Assembly (NCBI RefSeq): GCF_013004595.1
Contig: NZ_JABEMC010000001.1
Span: 62,001-126,000 of the forward strand
Direction: 5' to 3'
Length of the DNA: 64,000 nt
Source of the DNA: Brevibacterium luteolum
Lineage (GTDB): Bacteria > Actinomycetota > Actinomycetes > Actinomycetales > Brevibacteriaceae
Below the pieces are notes generated by a model that worked only from the letters and a program-made list of their open reading frames with translations, did not search any database and was not told the origin of the DNA. Shown in pieces: positions 37,137-46,601 of this stretch (its first letter is position 1; each line of letters begins with the position of its first letter). A program made the translations under genes and the position numbers.

Positions 37137-38636
37137 TTGACTTATACGAAGGAAAGCGCCGACGTCGTCCTTATCGGCGGCGGCATCATGAGCGCCACGC
37201 TGGCGACGCTGCTGGCCGAGCTCCAGCCGGAGTGGGATGTCCGCGTCTTCGAGCGCCTCGACTACGTCGCCCGCGAAAGCTCGGACCCGTGGAACAACGC
37301 CGGCACCGGCCACGCCGCGCTGTGCGAGCTCAACTACTCGCCGGCCGATGCCAACGGCGACGTCGACATCACCAAAGCGATCAACATCAATGAGCAGTTC
37401 CACGTCTCACGCCAGTTCTGGTCGCACCTCGTCGACGAGGGCGTGCTCACCGATCCTTCGACCTTCATCAACCAGGTCCCGCACATCTCCTACGGCCGCG
37501 GCGAGAAGGGCCGGGACTACATCCGCGCCCGTTACGAGACGATGGTGCGCAACCCGCTGTTCAAGGAGATGGAGTACACCGACGACCCGGCCGTGCAGGC
37601 CGAGTGGCTGCCGCTAATGTTCGAGAACCGCGGGCCTGGCCAGGTCAACGGCCTGTCGAAGTTCGACACCGGCACCGACGTCGACTTCGGCTCGCTGTCG
37701 CGCCAGCTGCTCACCCACGCCGGCACCAAGAACGCCCAGATCCTCACCGGCCACGAGGTCTCCGACCTCAACCGCACCGCCGAGGGCTGGCGCGTGCACG
37801 TGAAGAACACGACCGCCGGTGAGACCTTCGCCGTCGACGCGAAGTTCGTCTTCATCGGCGCCGGCGGCGGTGCCCTGCACCTGCTGCAGCGCTCCGGCAT
37901 CGCCGAGGGCCACGGCTACGGCGGCTTCCCGGTCTCCGGCCTGTTCCTGCGCACCTCGAACCCCGAGCTCGTCGCCCGCCACCACGCCAAGGTCTACGGC
38001 CAGGCCGCCTTCGGCGCCCCGCCGATGTCGGTTCCGCACCTCGACACCCGCGTCGTGCAGGGCAAGGAATACCTCATGTTCGGCCCATACGCCGGCTTCA
38101 CCCCGAAGTTCCTCAAGAAGGGCCGGTTCACCGACCTGCCGTTCTCAGTGCGCGGCAACAACCTGCCGGTCATGCTCAACGTCGCTAAGGACAACTTCGA
38201 CCTCGTCAGCTACCTGCTCGGCGAGCTCGCCTCGACGAAGAAGAAGCGCTACGAGGCGCTCGCCGACTTCACCCCCGAGGTCAACCCGGCCGACTGGGAG
38301 TTCATCACCGCCGGCCAGCGGGTTCAGGTCATGAAGAAGGACAAGGACAAGGGCGGCGTGCTCGGCTTCGGCACCGAGCTCATCTCCGCGGCAGACGGCT
38401 CGCTGGCTGCCCTGCTCGGTGCCTCACCGGGCGCCTCGACGGCCGCGCCGATCATGTTCAACCTGCTCAAGAAATGCTTCCCGCGCCAATACGACGGCTG
38501 GGAGGCACGCCTGAAGGACATGGTGCCCTCGCTCGGCCGCCAGCTGCACGAGGACGAGGCGCTGCTCGACGAACTGTCCGAGTACACCGCCCGCACCCTG
38601 CAGATCACCCCGCGCGAGAACCGCGACCTGGACTGA
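37137..38636 (+). CDS. mqo: Malate:quinone oxidoreductase
   Basis: DVVLIGGGIMSATL, WNNAGTGHAALCELNY, PPMSVPHLDTR, LLGASPGASTA; TTG start. Confidence 0.96.
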   Translation: MTYTKESADVVLIGGGIMSATLATLLAELQPEWDVRVFERLDYVARESSDPWNNAGTGHAALCELNYSPADANGDVDITKAININEQFHVSRQFWSHLVDEGVLTDPSTFINQVPHISYGRGEKGRDYIRARYETMVRNPLFKEMEYTDDPAVQAEWLPLMFENRGPGQVNGLSKFDTGTDVDFGSLSRQLLTHAGTKNAQILTGHEVSDLNRTAEGWRVHVKNTTAGETFAVDAKFVFIGAGGGALHLLQRSGIAEGHGYGGFPVSGLFLRTSNPELVARHHAKVYGQAAFGAPPMSVPHLDTRVVQGKEYLMFGPYAGFTPKFLKKGRFTDLPFSVRGNNLPVMLNVAKDNFDLVSYLLGELASTKKKRYEALADFTPEVNPADWEFITAGQRVQVMKKDKDKGGVLGFGTELISAADGSLAALLGASPGASTAAPIMFNLLKKCFPRQYDGWEARLKDMVPSLGRQLHEDEALLDELSEYTARTLQITPRENRDLD

Positions 38637-38649
38637 AGTTAGGGCTGAT

Positions 38650-38682
38650 GGAGGCCGCCGGGCATCGTGTCCGGCGGCCTTC
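38650..38682 (+). terminator. Hairpin after mqo
   Basis: ggaggccgccgggca / tgtccggcggccttc stem with G-U pairs. Confidence 0.6.
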
Positions 38683-38864
38683 GCCGTGCCCGAGGCGGTG
38701 GTTCAGTTCCAGCACAGATCGCCTGTGGCTTCAGTTGAGGCGGATGTGGCAGAGTGTGCCGCATCTGCCACACGAGGTGACCGGCGGTGTCCGTGTGCGT
38801 GCGTAGACTGAGGTGACACCGCCACCATTGACCACTTGCGATACGGACTGAGAGGGCGCAGCAC

Positions 38865-40433
38865 ATGTCTGACCCGCGTTACCCCGGCCCCCAGGGTCAG
38901 CCTCACCAGCGACCCCCGCACGGCCAGCCCTTCCCGCAGCAGGGCCACCCCTACCCGCAGCAGGGGCCGCCGCAGCAGGGCCCGGCGCACGACCGGTTCC
39001 GCCCCCAGCCGCAGCCCGGCCCGCACGGGTCCGGTCCGGCACCTCAGCAGCCGGGACCGCACGGCCATCCGCACGGCCGGCCCTTCCCGCCCCAGCAGCC
39101 TGCGCCGCACGGCCAGCCGATCGGCCCCGGCGGCTACGGCCAGCCGGAGCAGCGCGCCTACGCGCAGCCGCGGTTCTCCCCGACGGTGACCCAGGAGATG
39201 CGCATGCGCGCGCAGCTCCAGCCGCGCATCGGCGGGCCTGCCGAACAGCCGTGGGTCACGCAGGCGATCCAGCGCCAGCCCCAGCTGGCCAACCCGACCG
39301 AGGGCGCTGATCTCGCCCGCACCATCGTGAGCATCGGGCTTGTCGTACTGCTCGGCATCGGGCTGCTCCTCATCCTCGGGTTCAGCGCCGTCCTGCTGCC
39401 GGCCGGACCGATCGTCATCCTGCTGGCGGCGATCCCGCTGCTGTTCATCATGCTCATGGTGTGGTGGTTCGACCGCTGGAAGCCGCAGCCCATCCTGCTG
39501 CTCGTCGCCTGCCTGCTGTGGGGTGCCGTCGCCTCGATCATCATGACGCTCGTCGCCCAGGTCATCGGCATCACCGCCCTGGCCCTGGCCGGCATCGACG
39601 CATCCGGCGACGTGCTCGGCGCAGTCGTCTTCGCGCCGTTGTTCGAGGAGTCGACGAAGGGCGTCTTCCTCGTCGTCATCGTCCTCGCCGCCCGCAAGTA
39701 CTTCGAAGGACCCCTCGACGGCTGGGTCTACGGTTCCCTCATCGGTGCCGGCTTCGCCTTCACCGAGAACCTGCTCTACCTCTCCTCATCCTTCGAAGAG
39801 GCCGCCCTCGGAGGCCTCGCGATGACCTTCGTTATGCGCGGGGTGATGAGCCCGCTGCTGCACTCGACCTTCGTCGTCTGCCACGGCCTGTCCATCGGCT
39901 TCGCCGCCCGCCGCGGCCAGTGGTGGCTCGTCGTGCTCATGTGGTTCCCCGGCCTCATCGCCGGCATGTTCCTCCACGCATTGTGGAACGGCACCGCCAC
40001 CATCGTCGGCTCGCTGGGCCTCCTCAGCCTCGTGATCATGGTCGGCCTCTCAGCCATCATGTCCGGCTTCTGGCTCGGCAGCGGACTGCTGCTGCGCCGC
40101 AACGAGTCGATCCACACCCGCCAGTCGCTCGGCGACTACGCCAACGCCGGCTGGCTGACCCACGGTGAGGTCGACATGCTCGGCACCTGGAAGGGCCGCC
40201 GCGCCGGCAAGCGCTGGGCCAACCAGTACCCCGGCGCCCTGCCGGAGATGCGCCGCCTCATCCGCAAGTCCGCCGACCTCGCCAGCATCCGCACCCGCGT
40301 GCTCGCCGGCATCGGCGGGGAGAAGGAGCGGGAGGTCGAGAAGTACGAGCTCGACCAGTTCGTCAAGATCCGCACGAACATGATGCGCCGCGTCCAGCAG
40401 CCCCAGGGCTTCAACCCGGCAATGCGCAGGTAA
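38865..40433 (+). CDS. PrsW-family intramembrane metalloprotease with P/Q/H-rich N-terminus
   Basis: APLFEESTKG, GFAFTEN, LHSTF, LHALWN motifs. Confidence 0.9.
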   Translation: MSDPRYPGPQGQPHQRPPHGQPFPQQGHPYPQQGPPQQGPAHDRFRPQPQPGPHGSGPAPQQPGPHGHPHGRPFPPQQPAPHGQPIGPGGYGQPEQRAYAQPRFSPTVTQEMRMRAQLQPRIGGPAEQPWVTQAIQRQPQLANPTEGADLARTIVSIGLVVLLGIGLLLILGFSAVLLPAGPIVILLAAIPLLFIMLMVWWFDRWKPQPILLLVACLLWGAVASIIMTLVAQVIGITALALAGIDASGDVLGAVVFAPLFEESTKGVFLVVIVLAARKYFEGPLDGWVYGSLIGAGFAFTENLLYLSSSFEEAALGGLAMTFVMRGVMSPLLHSTFVVCHGLSIGFAARRGQWWLVVLMWFPGLIAGMFLHALWNGTATIVGSLGLLSLVIMVGLSAIMSGFWLGSGLLLRRNESIHTRQSLGDYANAGWLTHGEVDMLGTWKGRRAGKRWANQYPGALPEMRRLIRKSADLASIRTRVLAGIGGEKEREVEKYELDQFVKIRTNMMRRVQQPQGFNPAMRR

Positions 40434-40441
40434 CCCCACTC

Positions 40442-41668
40442 GTGGCCGCTGTCGACGTCGTCATCGTCCTGCTCGCCATCGGCGCGCTGCTGCTCGGCTG
40501 GAGCCGCGGTTTCCTCGTCGGTGCCTCGACGCTCGTCGGCTTCATCCTCGGTCTCGTGCTCGGCCGGCTGCTCGCCGGCCCAGTCGCCGAGCTGCTGGTA
40601 ACCACGGACATCGTCCACGACCGCAATCATCCCGCCGCCGAGGTGCTGTTTCCGCTGCTCCTGGCCGTCACCTGCTCGGTCGGTCTCGGTCTGCTCGGTG
40701 CGTACCTGCGCACGAAGCTCACGAGCCCCAGCGGCCGCGGTCTCGACGCCACAGGCGGGGCGCTTTCGAGCATCATCGCCACCCTGCTCGTCATCTGGCT
40801 GGCCGCCGGCTGGATCCGCACCACCCCGTTCCTGCAGCCCAACCGGTGGGTCGCCGACTCGGCGATCGTCGCCGCGATGGACCGGATGCTGCCGATCACC
40901 TCGACCGAGGCGCTCGGCACACTCGGCACCGCCTTAGCCGACAACGGATTCCCGCAGGTCTTCGAAGGCCAGCGCGAACGCATCCGCGGGGTCGGCGAAC
41001 CGAACCCGGCGATGGTCGACGTCGGCCGGCAAGTCGACGGATCCGTCGTCAAAGTCGTGACCTCACGCACCGAATGCGGCCGCCTGCAGGAGGGCACCGG
41101 CTGGGTCTACGACGACGGGCTCGTCGCCACGAACGCCCACGTCGTCGCCGGCGCACAGTCGCTGACCGTGCAGATCGCCGGCACTGGCGAACCGTACAAC
41201 GCCGAAGTCGTCGCCTTCGACCCCGGCACCGATGCGGCAGTCCTGCGGGTGCCCGACCTGCCGGCACCGGCGCTGGAACTCGGCTCCGACCTCGGCGCCG
41301 GGGCAGACTCGGTGCTCGTCGGATTCCCGGAGAACGGGCCGTACACAATCTCGCCGGCGCGCGTGCGCGAGCAACTCTCGGCCCGCGGCCTCGACATCTA
41401 CAACGAGGACAGCGTCACCCGCGACATCTACTCGGTGCGCGGGATCGTGCGCTCAGGCAACTCCGGCGGCCCGCTGCTCGACGCCGAGGGCCGGGTCGTG
41501 GGGATGGTGTTCGCCCGCTCGGCGACTGAGGCGGAGACCGGCTATGCGCTCACCCTCGATGAGATCGATGGGATCCTGCGCCGCGGCCAGCAGGCAACTG
41601 CCCCGGTGAGTACCGATCGGTGCGCCGAGCAGGTCCCGCAGCATCAGCAGCAGACGCAGACCGGCTGA
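40442..41668 (+). CDS. MarP-family membrane serine protease (CvpA + trypsin-like)
   Basis: Four N-terminal TM helices; TNAHVVAG, D, GNSGGPL catalytic triad motifs. Confidence 0.9.
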   Translation: MAAVDVVIVLLAIGALLLGWSRGFLVGASTLVGFILGLVLGRLLAGPVAELLVTTDIVHDRNHPAAEVLFPLLLAVTCSVGLGLLGAYLRTKLTSPSGRGLDATGGALSSIIATLLVIWLAAGWIRTTPFLQPNRWVADSAIVAAMDRMLPITSTEALGTLGTALADNGFPQVFEGQRERIRGVGEPNPAMVDVGRQVDGSVVKVVTSRTECGRLQEGTGWVYDDGLVATNAHVVAGAQSLTVQIAGTGEPYNAEVVAFDPGTDAAVLRVPDLPAPALELGSDLGAGADSVLVGFPENGPYTISPARVREQLSARGLDIYNEDSVTRDIYSVRGIVRSGNSGGPLLDAEGRVVGMVFARSATEAETGYALTLDEIDGILRRGQQATAPVSTDRCAEQVPQHQQQTQTG

Positions 41669-41672
41669 GCGC

Positions 41673-42647
41673 TCAGCTCGCTGGGACGTCGAGGTAGCTG
41701 ATGATCGCCCGGTGATCGCTCGTGCCGCGGTCGAGCACACGATCACCGACCGGGTCGAGACCGCGCACAAGCACATGATCCAGGCGCACGACCGGGAACA
41801 CGCTCGGCCAGGTGAACCCGAACCCGCCGCCGACAGCCTCACGGGCGTCGACGAGTTCGGAGCTGAGCTCCTTGAAGTAGCGGTCGGAGTTCGCGGAGTT
41901 GAAGTCACCGGCGACGATGACCCGCTGGGCGTCATCGGACTTGATCCGCTCGGCCAGCTCGTTCAGCGCCGAATTGCGCAGGGACTCCTGGCCCGGGCGC
42001 ACCGAGGGCATGTGCACCGAGTACAGGCGCACGTTGCCCTTGTCGGTCTTGAGGGTGGTGGCGATCGCGCGCGGCCACTGCATGCCGAGGTCGATCTCCT
42101 CGGGTTGCGTCATCGGCCAGCGCGACCAGAGCCCGATCGTGTCGGTCACCGCGGTGTGCTCGAAGGCGGAGTCGAGCTGCTTCTTGATGATCTTGCCCGA
42201 CAGCGACTCGATCTCCTGGATGGCCACGACATCCGGGTCGTGGCTGATGAGGTTCTGTGCGGTGGCTGTGGGCTGCGGCATCCGCGCGCCGACGTTCTGG
42301 CTGGCGACGACGATATCGGCATCATCCGGGGTGTCGGCCGGGCGCAGGTACGGGTAGAACATACCGCCCCATACGAGCGCGGGGATGAGCACGCCGAGGA
42401 TGCCGAAGACGGAGAACCGGATGAGTGCGGCGATGAGCAGCAGGACGAGCAGCACCCACGCCCACGGCAGCAGGGATTCGACGATGAGCGCGATCCCGCG
42501 GGTCGTCGGGATGAGGGTATGCATCGCGAGCAGGGCGGCCAGCAGCAGCCCCACCACGAAGACGACAATGCCCTTGCCGGGCGAAGACTGACGTTTCTGC
42601 ATCGGTTGAACTATAGGGCGCAAAGCTGATTGAACGCTTAAGGACAC
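41673..42647 (-). CDS. Endonuclease/exonuclease/phosphatase family membrane protein
   Basis: N-terminal TMs; SQNV, IQE, GDFNS, RLDHVL, SDHRA. Confidence 0.88.
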   Translation of the reverse strand: MSLSVQSALRPIVQPMQKRQSSPGKGIVVFVVGLLLAALLAMHTLIPTTRGIALIVESLLPWAWVLLVLLLIAALIRFSVFGILGVLIPALVWGGMFYPYLRPADTPDDADIVVASQNVGARMPQPTATAQNLISHDPDVVAIQEIESLSGKIIKKQLDSAFEHTAVTDTIGLWSRWPMTQPEEIDLGMQWPRAIATTLKTDKGNVRLYSVHMPSVRPGQESLRNSALNELAERIKSDDAQRVIVAGDFNSANSDRYFKELSSELVDAREAVGGGFGFTWPSVFPVVRLDHVLVRGLDPVGDRVLDRGTSDHRAIISYLDVPAS

Positions 42648-42746
42648 CCTGGTGAGACGGCCCGGGCAGGGGACTCACAGCAAGGTCTCACAGCACCCTC
42701 GGCAAGGCCCGCATGCCGGGCCTTCTCACCGGCGCCGAGGCGGTGG

Positions 42747-43529
42747 TCACCGGGAGGCGGTCGCCTTCCAGACGGTGACGTCGGGGTGGGCATCGTAGCG
42801 GTAACCGGCCCCGCGGATCGTGCGCACGATCGAGGAGAAGGCGCCGAGCCGATTGCGCAGCCGGCGGATGTGCACGTCGACGGTGCGCTCGTCGGGCCGC
42901 TCGGGGCTCTCGCCCCACAGCGCGGTGATCAGATCGCCGCGTGAGAGCGTCGAACCGGCGGCCGAGACGAGCGTGGCGAGCAGGTCGAACTCCTTGGTCG
43001 TCACTGCCGCCAGCTGTCCGTCGACGGTGACTTCCCGTCGCGGGATGTCGATGCGTACCCGGGTCTTGGCATGCGGGGCGAGCTCCTCGCGCAGCTGGGG
43101 TGGCCGCACCCGGGCCGGCACGCGGGAGCGCACCGGTCCGTGCCGGCCGGCCGGGGTGCCGGTGGCTGCCGGGGAGCCGGTCGCCACTGCCCGCACGGCG
43201 TCGAGGTCGCGGTCCGGTCCGTCGGGGGCCAGGGCGATGACGGTCTGCGCTTCGGCCTGCGGGGAGAGCTCGCGGATGTGTTCCTGCAGCGACTGGGCGA
43301 TGGCGGTGAGGTTGGTGCCGTCTTCGGCTGCCGTGTCCTCATCGAGGCCGATGTAGACGATGATGCCGCGGGCCGGCTTGTGAGCCGGGGCTTCGCTGGT
43401 CTGGCGGCTGCGGCCGTCCGGGCCGAAGACGCGGGGCGCGGTGGCGGGATCAACGGAGGTCAATCGGGCTCCCTGGCGGCGTGTGGCTGCGGCGCTGCGC
43501 GGGTGGAACGGAAGGGGTGAAACAGTCAT
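42747..43529 (-). CDS. OmpR/PhoB-type winged-helix regulator lacking a canonical receiver domain
   Basis: C-terminal TTKEFDLL...SRGDLITALW...ERTVDVHIRRLR...TIRGAGY; RBS aagga. Confidence 0.88.
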   Translation of the reverse strand: MTVSPLPFHPRSAAATRRQGARLTSVDPATAPRVFGPDGRSRQTSEAPAHKPARGIIVYIGLDEDTAAEDGTNLTAIAQSLQEHIRELSPQAEAQTVIALAPDGPDRDLDAVRAVATGSPAATGTPAGRHGPVRSRVPARVRPPQLREELAPHAKTRVRIDIPRREVTVDGQLAAVTTKEFDLLATLVSAAGSTLSRGDLITALWGESPERPDERTVDVHIRRLRNRLGAFSSIVRTIRGAGYRYDAHPDVTVWKATASR

Positions 43530-43600
43530 GGTCGAAGTCCTTGGGCGTGAGCAGTGGAGTCAGGCGCATCGTGCTTCACGTCCGCGGCCCATGCCTGTCG

Positions 43601-43675
43601 TCACCGCAGGCCGCGGACGCAGCGCATCATGGCGATGGCGCTGCGCGCGAGGCGGTGACAGGGCGAACGGTGCAT
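43601..43675 (-). CDS. Putative leader peptide MHRSPCHRLARSAIAMMRCVRGLR
   Basis: sORF ends 71 nt upstream of the regulator; ttgcgt-N18-aataat-N7-ATG; hairpin over its stop codon. Confidence 0.5.
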   Translation of the reverse strand: MHRSPCHRLARSAIAMMRCVRGLR

Positions 43676-43884
43676 GGCTGTCATTATTCTTCACAGATTT
43701 CGCGCAACGCAATCGGCGGGTGCGGATCTGAGACTTTTATGACGTTTTATGACAATCTCTGGCCGGTTATGTGCCGACAGTGAGCCGCTGTCCTCGTGTT
43801 TCCGGCCGGCCTGCGGGCGGGCCAAGATCAGCGTGAGGCCACCTCAGGGGCGCAGCCCGCTGACCAGGATGAACGCGCCAATGA

Positions 43885-43994
43885 GCGTTTCGTGCTGAAT
43901 CGACGCATCTGGATTCAGCACGAAACGCACATGATCAGCCCGGATCGTGTGCGTTTCGTGTAGAAACCACGCCTCCGGATTCAGCACTGAACGC
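43885..43994. repeat. Composite REP-like palindromic element (four alternating 17-bp units)
   Basis: gcgtttcgtgctgaatc 43885-43901 with perfect inverse 43912-43928; degenerate pair at 43951-43967 and 43978-43994. Confidence 0.8.
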
Positions 43995-44026
43995 GCATCG
44001 GAGCTGAAGAGGCCCCTCGCACCGGC

Positions 44027-44662
44027 TCAGACGACGCCGTACATGCGGTCGCCGGCATCGCCGAGACCGGGCACGATGTAGCCCTTCTCGTTGAGCTTCT
44101 CGTCCAGGGCCGCGGTGTGGACGGTGACATTTGCGATGCCCTCGTAGCGCTCCTCGATGTGGCGCACGCCTTCCGGGGCGCTGACGAGGCAGATCGCAGT
44201 GACGTCGGAGACGCCGCGCTCGAGCAGGAAGTCGATCGCCATCGCCAGGGTGCCGCCGGTGGCCAGCATCGGGTCGATGACGAAGACCTGCCGGTCGCGC
44301 AGGTCGCTGGGCAGCCGGTTGGCGTAGGCGTGGGCTTCGAGGGTCTCCTCATCGCGGACGAGCCCGAGGAACCCGACCTCAGCGGTCGGCAGCATCTTGA
44401 GCATCCCATCGAGCATGCCGAGACCGGCGCGCAGGATCGGCACGACCACGGGCCTGGGGGAGGAGAGCTTGGTGCCGGTCATCGGGCAGACGGGAGTGTT
44501 GATCTCCTTGTCGACGACCCGGATGTTGCGGGTGGCCTCGTAGGCCAGCAGTGCAACGAGCTCTTCGGTCAGTCCGCGGAAGCGACCGGGATCGGTGCGC
44601 TCGTCGCGCAGCACGGTGAGCTTATGGGCGATGAGCGGGTGATCTGCGATGTGGAGCTCCAT
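44027..44662 (-). CDS. upp: Uracil phosphoribosyltransferase
   Basis: [31 protein letters not shown]. Confidence 0.97.
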   Translation of the reverse strand: MELHIADHPLIAHKLTVLRDERTDPGRFRGLTEELVALLAYEATRNIRVVDKEINTPVCPMTGTKLSSPRPVVVPILRAGLGMLDGMLKMLPTAEVGFLGLVRDEETLEAHAYANRLPSDLRDRQVFVIDPMLATGGTLAMAIDFLLERGVSDVTAICLVSAPEGVRHIEERYEGIANVTVHTAALDEKLNEKGYIVPGLGDAGDRMYGVV

Positions 44663-44772
44663 GCCCCTGAATCTACCGGATCGTGACGGCCTGCGGTCAC
44701 CCGGTGAGATGTGGATCTTCTGCATCCGGGCAGAGGCTGGTCTGCCGAGCCGGCATCGGACAGAATGGAGAC

Positions 44773-45318
44773 ATGGCTTATTTCACCGAGATCCTCGCCG
44801 AGGGCGCGGACGGATACCGGCCCCTCGACCTCGACATGCGTGATGCGGCAACGCTGGACGATCTCATCGACATGATGCGCAGCGCCGGTGAGGACGGCGA
44901 GGCGATCGCCGTCATTGAGCATGAAGACGAGTGGTTCGGACTCGTCCGGCTGCTCGCCGATGACGAGGTGCGGGTGTTCATCTCCGATATCGCTGCCGCT
45001 GAGGAGAGCCCGTACGCCGACATCTTCGCCGACTACCTCGATTCCGGCCCGTCGACACTCGATGACTCCGAGCATTTCGACGCCGGCCCCGAGCATGACG
45101 GCGATGACGATGATGCCGAGGACGAGGCCGAAGTCGGCATGTTCGAACCCGAAGCCGATGCCGTCTGGGGCGGAGACGCAGACATCTACGCAGATCGCGA
45201 TGTCACCGCCGATGAGCTGATGGAGCAGGTCAGCCGCTATCAGTCCGACCCGGCGCGTGTCGTCGCCCACATCGGAGAGAAGGCCGGCTTCGCCGATGCC
45301 CTCGGCTCAGCCGGCTGA
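44773..45318 (+). CDS. tRNA adenosine deaminase-associated acidic protein
   Basis: EDEWFGLVR...RVFISD motif; actinobacterial upp / this gene / tadA arrangement. Confidence 0.8.
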   Translation: MAYFTEILAEGADGYRPLDLDMRDAATLDDLIDMMRSAGEDGEAIAVIEHEDEWFGLVRLLADDEVRVFISDIAAAEESPYADIFADYLDSGPSTLDDSEHFDAGPEHDGDDDDAEDEAEVGMFEPEADAVWGGDADIYADRDVTADELMEQVSRYQSDPARVVAHIGEKAGFADALGSAG

Positions 45319-45790
45319 CCGCGGCGGCATCGCCCACCCGGCGGTCTACCGGGAATGGATGGGCGCTGCCCTCGACGCCGCCGCCCGCACCGATGCCAGC
45401 GCCGATGTCCCGATCGGCGCCGTTGTCATCGACGCTGCCGGCACGATCATCGGCACCGGCTTCAACGAGCGCGAAGCGCTGCATGACCCGACTGCCCACG
45501 CTGAGGTGCAGGCGCTGCGCGAAGCCGGCCGGCACCTCGGGAGCTGGCGGCTGACCGGCGCCACCCTCGTCGTGACTTTGGAGCCGTGCGTCATGTGCGC
45601 CGGTGCCGCGGTGGCTGCCCGCGTCGAGCGGATCGTCTTCGGCGCCTATGACGACAAGGCCGGTGCCTGCGGTTCGGTGTGGGATGTCGCCCGGGACCGG
45701 GCGAGCCTGCACGTGCCCGAGGTGGTGGGCGGGGTGTGTGCCGATGAGTGCGCCGCCGGGCTGGTCGAGTTCTTCGCCTCCCGCCGCTGA
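45296..45790 (+). CDS. tadA: tRNA adenosine(34) deaminase (start uncertain)
   Basis: DVPIGAV, HDPTAHAE, TLEPCVMCAG, FGAYDDKAG. Confidence 0.93.
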   Translation: MPSAQPADRGGIAHPAVYREWMGAALDAAARTDASADVPIGAVVIDAAGTIIGTGFNEREALHDPTAHAEVQALREAGRHLGSWRLTGATLVVTLEPCVMCAGAAVAARVERIVFGAYDDKAGACGSVWDVARDRASLHVPEVVGGVCADECAAGLVEFFASRR

Positions 45791-45828
45791 TTTGGTGACG
45801 CCCGGGCACCCGTTGTAGAGTATTCCGC

Positions 45829-45916
45829 GGTAGCGTGTCCGAGCGGCCGAAGGTGCAACACTCGAAATGTTGTGTACGGCAACCCCGTACCGTGGGTTCA
45901 AATCCCACCGCTACCG
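45829..45916 (+). tRNA. tRNA-Ser(CGA)
   Basis: Acceptor ggtagcg/cgctacc; anticodon arm caaca-ctCGAaa-tgttg; long variable arm; T arm gtggg-ttcaaat-cccac; -10 tagagt upstream. Confidence 0.95.
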
Positions 45917-45924
45917 CGCATGAC

Positions 45925-45969
45925 ACATGAGCCCTGACCAGCGAGAACATCGCAGGTCAGGGCTCATGT
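45925..45969. terminator. Long hairpin downstream of tRNA-Ser
   Basis: acatgagccctgacc / ggtcagggctcatgt perfect 15-bp inverted repeat. Confidence 0.75.
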
Positions 45970-45999
45970 CATTCCCGCCCGGGGCAGGCGGATCACCGT

Positions 46000-46527
46000 T
46001 CAGTTCGGGCGCATGATGAGGTGCTGGGCACCGGTGTCGAAGGTCTCATGCGAGACGATCGAGAAGCTCTGCCCATCAAGCCCATCGGTCCACTTCTGCT
46101 CACCTGACACGACGACCGGATCGATGAGCAGATTGAGCTCGTCGACCAGCCCGGCCGTCAGCAGCCCGCGCAGCGTCGCGAGGCTGCCGGACATCCCGAT
46201 CCAGTTCGGCGTGCGCTCCTTGAGCGCCTTGACCTCAGCCATGCTGGAGAGCACCTGCGTGTTCTCCCACGGCGAGGACTCCAGCGTCGCCGAGAGCACG
46301 TACTTGGGGATCCGGTTGATGAACTCGGCGAAGGGGTCCTCGGCCTGCGGCCAGTACGCAGCCCACGCATCGTGGAGCACCCGGCCCATGAGGTAGCCGT
46401 CGCAGCGCATGATGTGCGCATCGACGGCCTTGCCCATCGCGGTGTCGAAGTACGGCCCATGCCAGCGGTCGGGGTGCTCGGCTGACCCGTCGAGTGTCGT
46501 GAAGAGATTGACGGCTAGCTGTCCCAT
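46000..46527 (-). CDS. Dihydrofolate reductase family (RibD C-terminal-like) protein
   Basis: FTTLDG, YLMGR, PKYVLS, GLVDEL.L.I.PVV. Confidence 0.88.
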   Translation of the reverse strand: MGQLAVNLFTTLDGSAEHPDRWHGPYFDTAMGKAVDAHIMRCDGYLMGRVLHDAWAAYWPQAEDPFAEFINRIPKYVLSATLESSPWENTQVLSSMAEVKALKERTPNWIGMSGSLATLRGLLTAGLVDELNLLIDPVVVSGEQKWTDGLDGQSFSIVSHETFDTGAQHLIMRPN

Positions 46528-46601
46528 CTGGGTCCTCTCTGCTCAGCCTGTTAACCGGCGGCTCTGCCGGTGGTGGCCTGCGGTGTTCAGTGTACGGGGA
46601 T

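Noticed and set aside
38865..39170. P/Q/H-rich repeats at the PrsW N-terminus as a separate repeat element
   Set aside because: Low-complexity coding sequence common in actinobacterial membrane proteins
43885..43994. CRISPR mini-array
   Set aside because: Units alternate in orientation, spacers are only 10-22 bp, and there are no cas genes
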